64,000 nucleotides of DNA from Minisyncoccota bacterium (GTDB taxonomy: Bacteria; Patescibacteriota; Minisyncoccia; JAHIHE01; JAGLIN01). A program made the translations under genes and the position numbers. The DNA is taken from the NCBI GenBank assembly GCA_041661265.1, contig JBAZUT010000001.1, positions 65,854 to 129,853 on the forward strand, read 5' to 3'. Of this stretch, positions 37,838 through 48,289 are shown in pieces. The notes under the pieces are model-generated. The model searched no databases. It was not told the origin of the DNA and was given only the letters and a program-made list of their open reading frames with translations. Each line of letters opens with the position of its first letter. The first letter of the stretch is position 1.

Positions 37838-38854
37838 TTATTTTTTCGATTTTTTTCTCAAAAGTTTTTTGACTTCTTTGTCAAAATCGGAAATATAATT
37901 CTTATCCTGTTCTATTCTATATTTTTCATATTCCTTAAGCGCTAATTCTTCCGCAACCTCATGGCTGACTTTTCCGGCGTTAGTTAAAATTTCATACTCG
38001 CTGAATTTCAAAAAAGCATTCAGCTTAACAATCCAATCTTTCATTGTCATCGCCCTGCTGCGCGCCGCTTGCATTTCGGCATAATCCAAATACATATTTC
38101 CAATTCGATTTAAATGCTCCATTTCTTTTTTATCCAAATAATTTTTAGCGATTATTGTATCGCTCGGCATAATCTTTCCCTGCGGAGAACGCCTCCAAGA
38201 AGTTAATCCCATCTTATCTTTCTTGCTGCTCGCGCGATTTGCAATGATTTCCGCCGCGGTCTTGCCTGTTATGGCAAAATGAAGTTTATTTTGCACTGTC
38301 GCAAAAAATTCCTTGCTTTCATGAGCTTTTGGCGAATAATCAATCGCCGTAGCATAAATATCAGTGATTTTTTGATAAATCATCCGTTCACTGGTGCGAA
38401 TGTCTTTGATTTCCTCGTATAAATCATCAAAATATCGGGTACTAAAACGAGAGCCGTATTTCATCCTGTTGTTATCTAAAGCATAACCCTTGTGAATATA
38501 ATTTTTCAAAATTTCAGTTGCCCATTGGCGAAATTGCGTGCCTCGCTCGGAATTCACGCGATAACCGACGGCAATAATGGCTTCCAAAGAATACATTTTG
38601 GCTTTTCGCTGTATATCCCTGCCTCCTTCTCTTTGAACTTGTAAGAAATCCTTACAAGTTGCCGATGCGTCCAATTCGCCATCATCATAAGCGTTTTTCA
38701 AGTGCTGTGTGATATTTTGCGGAGTAGTATCAAAAAGTTCGGAAATACGCCTTTGGGAAAGCCAAATATTTTCTTCAGAATATAGAACTTCAATATTCAC
38801 CGAACCGTCCGGCGATTGATAAAAAGCGATTTGATTATCAGGTATTTTTTTCAT
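37838..38854 (-). CDS. RhuM family (virulence protein RhuM / DinD-like) protein
   Basis: AVGYRVNSERGTQFRQWATEILKNYIHKGY motif and N-terminal BroN-like region. Confidence 0.65.
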   Translation of the reverse strand: MKKIPDNQIAFYQSPDGSVNIEVLYSEENIWLSQRRISELFDTTPQNITQHLKNAYDDGELDASATCKDFLQVQREGGRDIQRKAKMYSLEAIIAVGYRVNSERGTQFRQWATEILKNYIHKGYALDNNRMKYGSRFSTRYFDDLYEEIKDIRTSERMIYQKITDIYATAIDYSPKAHESKEFFATVQNKLHFAITGKTAAEIIANRASSKKDKMGLTSWRRSPQGKIMPSDTIIAKNYLDKKEMEHLNRIGNMYLDYAEMQAARSRAMTMKDWIVKLNAFLKFSEYEILTNAGKVSHEVAEELALKEYEKYRIEQDKNYISDFDKEVKKLLRKKSKK

Positions 38855-38885
38855 GTTTTTTTAATAGTTTTATTTTACATTTTTT

Positions 38886-39149
38886 TCATTTCCCCGCATC
38901 AGTCAAATAAAATTTTCCATCAGAAGCCCGCATTTTCAGTTGGTCACATTTTGTGACGACCTCACTTCCCTCTTCTTTTAAACGATTTTTCAATGTTGTC
39001 CGGTAACTTTGAGCTTTTTTATGGTCAGTCTGACTAATTAAAACAGCTATAATATCCACTACCGAAAAATACCACACCTCTTTTTGCTCATCATAAATAC
39101 GGCGAACATTAAAATTTTCAAAAATCACCAACGAACTTTGATTTTTCAT
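38886..39149 (-). CDS. BroN / DinD-N-like domain protein (truncated RhuM/DinD-type N-terminal module)
   Basis: FENFNVRRIYDEQKEVWYFSVVDIIAVL...ASDGKFYL. Confidence 0.45.
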   Translation of the reverse strand: MKNQSSLVIFENFNVRRIYDEQKEVWYFSVVDIIAVLISQTDHKKAQSYRTTLKNRLKEEGSEVVTKCDQLKMRASDGKFYLTDAGK

Positions 39150-39153
39150 AAGA

Positions 39154-39306
39154 TTATTTTATCTTATTTATTAAATCATCAACACCGACCTCAAACGCTT
39201 TGGCGATTTTAGTTAGGGTTTCGATTGTTGAGTTCCGGTTAACGCCATTTTCAATTTTTACGACCGCATTTAGCGATAAATCGGCTTTTAAAACCAACAG
39301 TTTCAT
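39154..39306 (-). CDS. Small XRE-family helix-turn-helix DNA-binding protein (start at an internal Met)
   Basis: LSLNAVVKIENGVNRNSTIETLTKIAKAFEVGVDDL matches HTH_3. Confidence 0.5.
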   Translation of the reverse strand: MKLLVLKADLSLNAVVKIENGVNRNSTIETLTKIAKAFEVGVDDLINKIK

Positions 39307-39382
39307 TTCCTTAATCTTACCCCAAAATCCGCTTAAAATCAAACAAAAACTTACAAAAAAACTTGAAAATAGGGTTTCTAAG

Positions 39383-41014
39383 TTAACCCAAATTGATCCT
39401 CCGAATTTTTGCGATCACCAAACGGATTTTTTCATAGCTGATGCTTTCAGGCAAATGATCTTTGATGGGCTTTAATTTTTGATAGTTTTCGGCCTTGGAC
39501 ATCGCAACAAGAATTTGTCTTTCTTCTTCACGAGTGATGAACTTTTCCGGATCCAATTCTCCGCCAGCCGAATACCATTTTATCAGATGACCGAAGATCG
39601 TGCTCTTGCCCAAATTCCTCATTTTGGCGATTTGATCAAGATCGTAATCTGATTTATAAAGCTTCACTGTTTCCAAGATCGTATCCGACAAAGTCTCCGG
39701 CTGTTCGCCTTTGACTATGAAATTATCTTTGTCGAAATTTTTATCCTGCGATTCTGTGGCGCTTGGCCATTTGAAATCCAGACACACATCGCATCCTTGG
39801 CAATTGTTTCCATGATTTTTCAGGTCCGGATCGGAAAAATATTCAAGGATCATCTTTCGCCGGCATTTCTTTTTTGAAACGTAATCGAGAATCTTTTCCA
39901 AACGATCGTATTTGATGCTAAGAACACTGTTTATTTCCTGCCGGCTTTTTCCTTGAGCAAGCATTTCATCGCGGCTTTTTTGCAAGAAATAATAATGCAA
40001 TCCCGTATCCCTGCCGCTATGGAGCAAAATGCAATAAGCCTTTTCGCCATCCCGTCCCGCTCTTCCCGCCTCCTGATAATATCCCTCGAGACTGCCCGGC
40101 ATTCCAAGATGAATAACATAGCGGATATCGGCTTTGTCCACTCCCATACCAAAAGCGATCGTGGCTACAATCGCCCTGAATTTATTTTCCATAAAATCAT
40201 TTTGGATTCTGTTTCGATCTTCCGACTTCATTCCCGCATGATAAAAAGCGGAAGTTATTCCGTTTTTCTGCATAAACTCAGCCGTTTCCTCCGCTTCTTT
40301 TCTGGTGATGGTATAAAATATCCCGGCTCCATCGATCGATCTGGCAATCCTCAAAGCTTCGCTTCTCCTCTCTTTTTTGGATAAATTTTCTTTCACAAAA
40401 AATTTCAGGTTCGGCCTATCGAATCCGCGGATGAATACTTGAGGATCTTTCAGCCCGAGCCTTTGAATAATGTCATCTTTCACTTCCGGCGTTGCGGTTG
40501 CCGTAAAGGCGGCAATGATAGGACGCCTTTTTAATTTTTCAATATAATTTTTGATCTTCAGGTATTCCGGACGGAAATCATGCCCCCATTGCGAAACGCA
40601 ATGAGCTTCATCTATGGCCAAAAGATAAATATCAAGATTCGCGAACAAACCAAAGAATCCCTCGCTCGCAAGCCGTTCCGGAGCGATATACAAGATCTTG
40701 ATTCTACCGCCCTTTACCTCTTTGGTCCTCGCTTCAATTACACCAGCCTTGAGAGAACTGTTTATAAAAGAAGCTTGAATGCCGCGCGCGTTCAAGCTGT
40801 CCACCTGATCCTTCATTAGCGCAATGAGCGGAGAAACAACCACCGTCAGTTTGCCGCTCAGAATCGCAGGCAATTGATAGCAAAGCGATTTTCCTCCCCC
40901 GGTCGGCATCAGCGCCACCACATCCCGCCCCGCAACAATGCTTTCCACGATCTCTTTTTGCCCCGGACGAAACTCGGAAAAATTGAAATATTTTTTCAGA
41001 TGATCTTCAAGCAT
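39383..41014 (-). CDS. recQ: ATP-dependent DNA helicase RecQ
   Basis: PTGGGKSLCYQLPA, DEAHCVSQWGHDFRPEY, RecQ-Ct Zn motif; the N-terminal 26 aa of ORF 39383..41092 are read from the upstream operator repeat. Confidence 0.85.
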   Translation of the reverse strand: MLEDHLKKYFNFSEFRPGQKEIVESIVAGRDVVALMPTGGGKSLCYQLPAILSGKLTVVVSPLIALMKDQVDSLNARGIQASFINSSLKAGVIEARTKEVKGGRIKILYIAPERLASEGFFGLFANLDIYLLAIDEAHCVSQWGHDFRPEYLKIKNYIEKLKRRPIIAAFTATATPEVKDDIIQRLGLKDPQVFIRGFDRPNLKFFVKENLSKKERRSEALRIARSIDGAGIFYTITRKEAEETAEFMQKNGITSAFYHAGMKSEDRNRIQNDFMENKFRAIVATIAFGMGVDKADIRYVIHLGMPGSLEGYYQEAGRAGRDGEKAYCILLHSGRDTGLHYYFLQKSRDEMLAQGKSRQEINSVLSIKYDRLEKILDYVSKKKCRRKMILEYFSDPDLKNHGNNCQGCDVCLDFKWPSATESQDKNFDKDNFIVKGEQPETLSDTILETVKLYKSDYDLDQIAKMRNLGKSTIFGHLIKWYSAGGELDPEKFITREEERQILVAMSKAENYQKLKPIKDHLPESISYEKIRLVIAKIRRINLG

Positions 41015-41067
41015 AAAAAATGTTAATGTGTTTTTAGCATGATGATACGCACATTGCCATATTTTTC

Positions 41068-41096
41068 GAAATGACATTTTGCCACATGGCATAAAA
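41068..41096 (-). promoter_or_regulatory. Second exact copy of the 29-bp palindromic repeat, about 55 nt upstream of the recQ start
   Basis: Identical to 37799..37826. Confidence 0.5.
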
Positions 41097-41380
41097 CCAT
41101 TATTATTTAAGTCTATCGCAATTCACGCTTAAAATCAAATAAAAACGCTTGGGATAAGTCTAAATTTCCTAAAACATACGAAGCTAAGTAATAACAAAAC
41201 ACGGAAAAAAGTCGCATAATATCTTTTCGTTATCTTCGTGCAAAAGCAGATTTGCGCTTTCAAGATTGCGCTTTCAAGATTCATTATTCATAGCCCAATA
41301 TCAATGCAAATAAATGGACATGTGCAGATTTTTGTGATATTTTATAGATATAGTTTCGAGGAGGTTTTCCATTAATTCTA

Positions 41381-41743
41381 ATGCTTAAACATATGTTCAG
41401 CAGACTGATCATACAGATCCTGACAAATTCGGTCGCCATTTATATCGCAAGCATAATCGTTCCGGGATTCATTCTTCGCGAAAACAGCTTTATAACGCTC
41501 ATTACCGCCGGATTCATATTCGGACTGATCAATTTTTTCATCAAGCCCGTCCTGAAGCTGATCTCCACTCCGCTGATCTTCTTCACATTCGGCCTCTTTA
41601 CAATAGTGATAAATATTGGTATGCTTTTCCTGCTGGATTATTTCGTCCCCGAACTGAGGATAGAAGGCTTATCTGCCGCTTTTTGGGCAATGCTGGTCAT
41701 CAGCGCCGTGAACATCTTCATTGGGGCATTCTCGAAAAAGTAA
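41381..41743 (+). CDS. DUF360 / phage holin 4-2 family 4-TM membrane protein
   Basis: GLINFFIKPVLKLISTPLIFFTFGLFTIVIN pattern. Confidence 0.45.
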   Translation: MLKHMFSRLIIQILTNSVAIYIASIIVPGFILRENSFITLITAGFIFGLINFFIKPVLKLISTPLIFFTFGLFTIVINIGMLFLLDYFVPELRIEGLSAAFWAMLVISAVNIFIGAFSKK

Positions 41744-41862
41744 TAGTTTGGAACGTAGAAAGCGGAAGGTGGTATGTGGAAAATAAAAGTAGTATGTGGT
41801 AAGCGGTATGCATTATTCAGCGTTTTACTGGATACTGTATACTAAATACTAAATACTGAATT

Positions 41863-42084
41863 ATGGATAAAACCCTGGGAATTGCGCAGACTGTATTTGC
41901 TATACTGCTCGTTGTGGCTATATTGCTTCAGAATAGAGGCGCCGGCCTGAGCGACACGTTCGGAGGAAGCGGAAATATCTATCAGACAAAAAGAGGCTTT
42001 GACAAGTTTCTCTTCATTGCAACAATCGTTCTTGCTGTTGCATTCGTAGGCACTGCGTTCGTAAGTTTCATCAAACAATACTAA
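41863..42084 (+). CDS. secG: Preprotein translocase subunit SecG
   Basis: ILLQNRGAGLSDTFGGSG motif, two TM helices, typical size. Confidence 0.6.
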   Translation: MDKTLGIAQTVFAILLVVAILLQNRGAGLSDTFGGSGNIYQTKRGFDKFLFIATIVLAVAFVGTAFVSFIKQY

Positions 42085-42257
42085 AACCTCACAACAATTA
42101 AGGCAAAAGCCGGACAGACACATTTTTTTGTTTGGCCGACTAGTTGCCTTGTTGGCATTTTAAAAATTAAAATAATATTATTGCATTTAATATCATCCCC
42201 AGGAAAATAAAACGGCTGGTTTCAGTCCTGAGCAAAAAGGAAAAAATAGTTGTTTTT

Positions 42258-43877
42258 GTGATGCTGATCCTCATAATAGCCAGCAGCAATTATCTTGCCA
42301 TAACCTATTATCTGAATAATACAAAAGAAGCTCCCGACTATGGCGGAGAATATGTGGAAGGAATGGTCGGGCAGCCCAGATTCATAAACCCGGTTCTGGC
42401 GCAAACCAACGACATCGATTCAGACCTGTCCACTCTGATCTATTCAGGTCTCATGAAAATCGATGAAAAAGGAAATCTCGTGAACGACATAGCCGAGAGA
42501 TATGAAATAAGCGAGGACAAGCTTGTTTATACTTTTTATTTGAAAAAAGGCGTCAAGTGGCATGATGGAAAAGACCTTACGGCGGATGATGTCATTTTTA
42601 CGCTCCAAACCATCCAGAACAAGGACTTCAACAGCCCGCTCCGGACCAATTGGAAAGGGATCAGGGCGGAAAAAATAGACGATCATGCGATAAAATTCAC
42701 GCTGAAGAACGCATATTCGCCTTTCCTCAACAATCTCACGTTCGGAATACTCCCCAAACATCTTTGGGAGTTCATAGGTTCCGGAAACTTTCCGCTCGCA
42801 GAGTACAACCTGACAAAGCCGGTCGGAAGCGGCCCTTATAAATTCAAACAATTTTCAAAAGACAAGAGCGGAAGAATAAATTCCATCGAACTTGCTTCCA
42901 ATGAAAATTATTATTTCAAAGAGCCTTATATCAAAAAAGTTATCATCAAGTTCTTTCAAAATGAAGATGAGATCATTTCGGCTTTTAATCGAAGGGAGAT
43001 AAAAGGCATAAACTATATTTTGCCGTCCAGCAGAAAGAATATAGTTGATTCCGAGAACACAAATATTTACAGGCTCAACATTCCCAGATATTTTGCGATA
43101 TTTTTCAATCAGACAAAAAGCAAGCCTCTTTCAGATAAAGCCGTAAGGATCGCTCTCGCTCATGCAGTAGACAGAAAAAAGCTTGTTGACGAAGTTTATT
43201 CCGGAGAGGGGGTTATTGTGGACTCCCCTATCCCGTCGCAGATCATGGGAAGCAATCCCGACGTAAAAACCTATGAATATTCCGCCGAGGAAGCAAAAAA
43301 CATCCTGGAAAACGCGGGGTGGAAAGACGGCGACGGAGACGGGATCAGGGAAAAAGACGGCGTTAAGATCGAATTCTCCCTGATCACAACCGACTGGCAG
43401 GAGGCAAAAGAGGTTTCTCTGAAGCTTAGAGACATGTGGAAAGAGATCGGAGCTAATGTTGAGATAAAAAATCTGGACATAAACGATATACAAAACAACT
43501 ACGTGAAGCAGAGATCATATGAAGCGCTTCTGTTCGGAGAAATATTGAATTACGATCCGGACCCATTCGCCTTCTGGCACTCTTCGCAGAAAAAAGATCC
43601 GGGATTGAACTATTCACTATATGACAATCCGGAAGCGGATAAACTCCTGGAAGAAGCAAGGCAGGAAACGGATCAGAGCCTCAAAATAGAAAAATATAAA
43701 AAATTCCAGGAGCTCGTCGTTGAGGACATGCCTGCGATATTCCTATACAGCCCTTATTATCTTTATGTGCAGAACAGGTCCATTGGCGGCACGAATTTGA
43801 ACAGCATCGTCATACCTTCCAATAGATTCAACGGGATCGAGAATTGGTATGCAAAAACAAAAAGATTGTGGAAATAA
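42258..43877 (+). CDS. ABC transporter substrate-binding protein, family 5 (OppA/DppA-like)
   Basis: SBP_bac_5-like sequence throughout. Confidence 0.7.
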   Translation: MMLILIIASSNYLAITYYLNNTKEAPDYGGEYVEGMVGQPRFINPVLAQTNDIDSDLSTLIYSGLMKIDEKGNLVNDIAERYEISEDKLVYTFYLKKGVKWHDGKDLTADDVIFTLQTIQNKDFNSPLRTNWKGIRAEKIDDHAIKFTLKNAYSPFLNNLTFGILPKHLWEFIGSGNFPLAEYNLTKPVGSGPYKFKQFSKDKSGRINSIELASNENYYFKEPYIKKVIIKFFQNEDEIISAFNRREIKGINYILPSSRKNIVDSENTNIYRLNIPRYFAIFFNQTKSKPLSDKAVRIALAHAVDRKKLVDEVYSGEGVIVDSPIPSQIMGSNPDVKTYEYSAEEAKNILENAGWKDGDGDGIREKDGVKIEFSLITTDWQEAKEVSLKLRDMWKEIGANVEIKNLDINDIQNNYVKQRSYEALLFGEILNYDPDPFAFWHSSQKKDPGLNYSLYDNPEADKLLEEARQETDQSLKIEKYKKFQELVVEDMPAIFLYSPYYLYVQNRSIGGTNLNSIVIPSNRFNGIENWYAKTKRLWK

Positions 43878-43930
43878 AAAAATCTTCTTCCTGCAATTGT
43901 TTTTTCAAAACAGGAAAAAGATCCGATCTT

Positions 43931-44428
43931 TTACAAAAAAACTGAAGATATTGCAAGCAATATCAATATTATTGCTATTGCCAATACATATGCGATTTTG
44001 ACGGTTTTGGCCACAAAGGCAAACAGGAATGTGATCACAGCCAAAACTATAAGGAACCCCTCGAGAAATCCGGGCAAAGCCAGCCTGTAGCCCACAATGG
44101 CTCCCGCTATGCAGATGATCCCGAAAAATGCGAAGAAAAAATCAGCTAATCCGCTGGAGATTTCTCCGTTTTCGAGCTCGCATTGTTGTTTCAGTTCCGT
44201 GGTGGATGACATTATCAGAGCTATGGATCCGATGCCAAAGACCACCAATCCCAACGAAGCCTCTTTGAACATCACCAGAATCCCTAAAATTATCACAATT
44301 ACCGATGCCACGGTCAAATAGGCCGCCCTCCTATCGTCTTTCTTGTCAAAGACAACCTGCCAGATCGAATATAATCCGAAAATAAACACTCCCATAGCTT
44401 TCAATGCCAACGTAATTTCTTCTGTCAT
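43931..44428 (-). CDS. Hypothetical membrane protein
   Basis: ORF track. Confidence 0.4.
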   Translation of the reverse strand: MTEEITLALKAMGVFIFGLYSIWQVVFDKKDDRRAAYLTVASVIVIILGILVMFKEASLGLVVFGIGSIALIMSSTTELKQQCELENGEISSGLADFFFAFFGIICIAGAIVGYRLALPGFLEGFLIVLAVITFLFAFVAKTVKIAYVLAIAIILILLAISSVFL

Positions 44429-44527
44429 TTCATATGCACCTCATATTTGTATATTTTATCGGCCAGCCGAAGTCTAAATGAACTATTTTGTTTCGGCCAA
44501 CAGCATACATTATCATAAACAAATAAC

Positions 44528-45745
44528 ATGTCAAGCAAATACAATTTGAATCTCGATCACGCAAATATCGATCTCGTTTCCTCGAAATTCCGGGAGAAGA
44601 TCGAAAAGATAAAAAGGATCCCGACCCCGAATTTCGCAAAATATATTCCGGATATAGAAAAATTGAGAAAGCTGAGAGAAAAATACAGCGACAAAAAGAA
44701 TGTGATCGTTGAGGGAAACGGAGGCGCCATAGAAAATTTCCGAAGCATATTCACCGCCCTTTCCGCCGAAAGCAGCAAGAATGTCTACATGCTGGACACC
44801 GAAGACCCGGACTATATCTTCGACCTGATGAGATCATGCGACGCCAAAGATACCCTGGTGATCCTTACGAGCAAATCGGGAACCAGGATCCAGGTGCTCG
44901 CAAACTATTTTGCACTGAAAGAATTCCCCATTCTGATCATAACCGAGGACAACAAGGGGTCGCTGAACGAGATCAGGAAGATCAATAACCATGGCGTTTC
45001 TTTCTACCCAAGTGTTGAAATGACCGACAGGTTCACAGGCCTTACGGAATCGGCGCTCACCACCTCGGAAATCGTCGGAATCAATTCAGAGGAAATGATC
45101 AAGGGAGGAAAAGACATGCACGAGATGTGCGATCCGAAAGCGGATATAAAAGACAATATCGCCCTCCGGTTCGCGTTGACGCTTGACAGCCTGGAAAAAA
45201 TAGGATATAATGAAATGTTTTTATCGATATATTCAAAAAAACTTGCCGGGTTCTATAACCTCATCTCCCAGCTTTTTCATGAAGGCGTCTGCAAGAACGG
45301 AGTCGGACAAACGATATACGGCGGAGAGGCGCCGGAAAATCAGCACCACACATTGCAGCGATTCATCTCGGGAAGAAAGAATTCGGTAGGAGTTTTCTTG
45401 ACCATAAAGAACTTTTCTCATAAAGAGATCGGGATAAACGTAGACGATAACCTTAAAAAAGTGATATGCAGAAATATCACGATGGAAAAATTGAATAAGA
45501 TCTCGCTTGAAAGCATCATCCATGCCGAATTTCAGGGAACATGGCAGGATGTCACCGACAACAAGATCCCTGCGATCAACTTTGAGATCGACGATCTGTC
45601 GGGATATTCCGTCGGAGGATTCATGGCATTCTTTCAATATGCCGCTTTCTATTCGGCGATCTTGAGGGGCGTTAATCCATGCGATCAGCCCGGGGTTGAG
45701 AAAAGCAAGGAGAACATATTTCGTATTATAGCGGAATTTACATAA
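44528..45745 (+). CDS. pgi: Glucose-6-phosphate isomerase (short, archaeal/bacterial type)
   Basis: SKSGTR (SKSGxT-like) motif and overall SIS-domain PGI similarity. Confidence 0.55.
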   Translation: MSSKYNLNLDHANIDLVSSKFREKIEKIKRIPTPNFAKYIPDIEKLRKLREKYSDKKNVIVEGNGGAIENFRSIFTALSAESSKNVYMLDTEDPDYIFDLMRSCDAKDTLVILTSKSGTRIQVLANYFALKEFPILIITEDNKGSLNEIRKINNHGVSFYPSVEMTDRFTGLTESALTTSEIVGINSEEMIKGGKDMHEMCDPKADIKDNIALRFALTLDSLEKIGYNEMFLSIYSKKLAGFYNLISQLFHEGVCKNGVGQTIYGGEAPENQHHTLQRFISGRKNSVGVFLTIKNFSHKEIGINVDDNLKKVICRNITMEKLNKISLESIIHAEFQGTWQDVTDNKIPAINFEIDDLSGYSVGGFMAFFQYAAFYSAILRGVNPCDQPGVEKSKENIFRIIAEFT

Positions 45746-45901
45746 AATCCGTTAATGAGCTTCTTTGTGATGTTGGGCTTAGCGGGAAAAATTAAAAATG
45801 TAAAGATCAAAAATAAAAATGACAGTTTAAAATTAAAACTATTATTTTGAGATTTTGCATTGTCATTTTACATTTTGATATTTCAATTTTTCATTTATTA
45901 T

Positions 45902-45985
45902 GCCGGAGTGGTGAAATTGGCAAACACGCAGCGTTCAGGGCGCTGTGGGCGTAAGCCCTTGGAGGTTCAAGTCCTCTCTTCGGCA
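45902..45985 (+). tRNA. tRNA-Leu (anticodon CAG), long variable arm
   Basis: Manual fold: acceptor GCCGGAG/CTTCGGC, anticodon loop TTCAGGG, T-loop GGTTCAAGTCC. Confidence 0.8.
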
Positions 45986-46076
45986 CACTTTACATGGCAA
46001 TTTGCCATGCAACATCAGATGGTTTGTTTTTCTTAATCAAAAAGGGGCGAACCATATAATCAAATAACAACAATAC

Positions 46077-47774
46077 ATGATGCAAAGTAAATTAATCAGG
46101 CCCAAAGCAACAAGAAAGTTGCGGATTATTCCATTGGGAGGGCTTGAAGAAGTGGGAAGAAATATGACCCTGTTCGAGTATGGCAATGAAATTATCATAG
46201 TCGACATGGGACTTCAATTTCCGGAAGAAGATATGCCGGGAATCGATTATATAATTCCAAACATAAATTATCTGAAGGGAAAAGAGCAGAATATAAAAGG
46301 AGTGTTCATCACTCATGGCCACTATGACCATATCGGTGCGATCCCCCATCTCATGCCAAAACTGGGCAATCCCCCTCTTTTTACAGCCGCGCTGACGGCC
46401 GGAATAATAAAAAGAAGGCAGGAGGATTATCCGAACGGACAGACGCTGAACATCAAAGTCGTGAATTTCGAAAGCAGGGTCGCTCTCGGGAATTTCAAAG
46501 TGGAATTTTTCCATGTGAATCACAGCATCCCCGACACTCTCGGGATCGCGATCCATACTCCGGAAGGCCTCGTCATTCATACGGGAGATTTCAAGTTCGA
46601 CAACAGCCCGACAACCGACAAGCCAGCCGATATCGGAAGAATCGCCTATCTTGGCGCGCAGAACGTTCTGGTCCTTCTTTCCGACAGCACGGGAGCGGAA
46701 AAACCGGGATATTCGATCAGCGAATTCGAGATCCAGAAAACACTTGATGACGTTTTTTCGAAAGCCACAGGCAGAATGATCGTAGCAACTTTCTCATCTC
46801 TGGTGAGCAGAGTCCAGCAGATAATCACTCTTTCCGAGAAATACGGAAGAAGGGTCGCCATAGACGGATATAGCATGCGAACAACCGTAGAAATAGCCAA
46901 TAAACTGGGTTATCTTAAGATAAAAAAGGGAACCTTGATAAAGCCGGAGCAGATGAGCAATTATCCCGACGACAAAGTGTCTTTGATGTGCACCGGAGCG
47001 CAGGGAGAAGGAAAAGCGGTTCTGATGAGAATAGTGAACGGCGAACACAGATATGTGAGGGTCAAAAAGGACGATACTGTCATTTTCTCCTCATCCGTTG
47101 TTCCGGGAAACGAAAGGACCGTCCAGAACCTCAAAGACCAGCTCTACAGACAGGGTGCAAATGTCATCCACTATCAGATGATGGACGTTCATGCCGGAGG
47201 ACACGCACTGACCGAAGACCTGAAAATGATGATAAATCTTATAAAACCGAAATATTTCATTCCCATACACGGGAACTATTACATGTTGAGGCTTCATGCT
47301 AAGATCGCTGAAAGCGTAGGCATCCCAGCCGCAAACACTATCGTCGCGGGAAACGGAAAGGTCATAGAGTTCACAAAAAACTCGGCAATGATGACGAAAG
47401 AAAAGATCCCATCGAACTATGTCATGGTTGACGGACTCGGAGTCGGTGATGTGGGCAATGTCGTCCTCCGAGACAGGCAGCAGATGAGCAAAGACGGAAT
47501 GTTCACCATCATCGTGATCGTGGACAGCAAAACCGGAAAGGTAGTCGGAACACCGGACATAATCTCGAGAGGGTTCATATACATGAAAGGTTCCATGGAA
47601 CTGATCAATGAGACCAAGGCTAAAGTCACTGAACTCGTAAACAAAAAATCAACTGCTGAACACAATACGAACTGGGCATATGTGAAAGACAACATCAGGG
47701 ACAACATCGGACAATTCCTGTTCAACAGGACCGAAAGAAGGCCCATGGTGCTTCCGGTCGTGATCGAAGTGTAG
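46077..47774 (+). CDS. rnj: Ribonuclease J (metallo-beta-lactamase / beta-CASP)
   Basis: HGHYDH motif, beta-CASP and C-terminal domain. Confidence 0.9.
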   Translation: MMQSKLIRPKATRKLRIIPLGGLEEVGRNMTLFEYGNEIIIVDMGLQFPEEDMPGIDYIIPNINYLKGKEQNIKGVFITHGHYDHIGAIPHLMPKLGNPPLFTAALTAGIIKRRQEDYPNGQTLNIKVVNFESRVALGNFKVEFFHVNHSIPDTLGIAIHTPEGLVIHTGDFKFDNSPTTDKPADIGRIAYLGAQNVLVLLSDSTGAEKPGYSISEFEIQKTLDDVFSKATGRMIVATFSSLVSRVQQIITLSEKYGRRVAIDGYSMRTTVEIANKLGYLKIKKGTLIKPEQMSNYPDDKVSLMCTGAQGEGKAVLMRIVNGEHRYVRVKKDDTVIFSSSVVPGNERTVQNLKDQLYRQGANVIHYQMMDVHAGGHALTEDLKMMINLIKPKYFIPIHGNYYMLRLHAKIAESVGIPAANTIVAGNGKVIEFTKNSAMMTKEKIPSNYVMVDGLGVGDVGNVVLRDRQQMSKDGMFTIIVIVDSKTGKVVGTPDIISRGFIYMKGSMELINETKAKVTELVNKKSTAEHNTNWAYVKDNIRDNIGQFLFNRTERRPMVLPVVIEV

Positions 47775-47953
47775 CGACAAGCGAAACATTGACAAAGATA
47801 TATCTATTAAGTACAATGGCATGTTGCTCATTGATAGATATATCGCATAAAAGACGGGATATTGGCTTATGACTCTCAAAAGCCAGTCTTCCGTCTTTTA
47901 ATGTATAGAGATGACGGTATGTGAAACGGAGCGATCATTAAGGAGGTAGAAAT

Positions 47954-48289
47954 ATGAAGAAAATATTTATAGCGATCATGATCCTATCGCTATTATTTTC
48001 AGGGTGCATCGTACCCGAAGAAGAAACCAAGGCCAAGATGTATGCGCATGGTAAAAATGTCACCATAACCGGGAACGGATGGGAAGAAGGAATAAAGGTC
48101 CATCACTATATTTATCCGACCGATGCAGGATTCTTTTTGAATATGCCGGGACCGTGCGATGATATGGGATGCGTCGGCAAAAACATAACGGTTGACGGGA
48201 CATCAGTTTATTACGATCCTGAATATAAACGCAATGAAATGAACGTGAATCGGATCATTGTGAACGGAACATTCCGGGGATGGCTGTAA
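47954..48289 (+). CDS. Hypothetical lipoprotein (lipobox LFSGC)
   Basis: ORF track, RBS aggaggtagaaatATG. Confidence 0.4.
   Translation: MKKIFIAIMILSLLFSGCIVPEEETKAKMYAHGKNVTITGNGWEEGIKVHHYIYPTDAGFFLNMPGPCDDMGCVGKNITVDGTSVYYDPEYKRNEMNVNRIIVNGTFRGWL

Noticed and set aside
41253-41285. 14-bp direct repeat (gcgctttcaagatt x2) in the recQ upstream region
   Set aside because: Single small duplication with no additional structure; likely slippage, not a functional array.
41744-41862. Short atact / ggtatgtgg repeats upstream of secG
   Set aside because: Low-complexity microsatellite-like sequence; no coding or structural signal discernible by eye.
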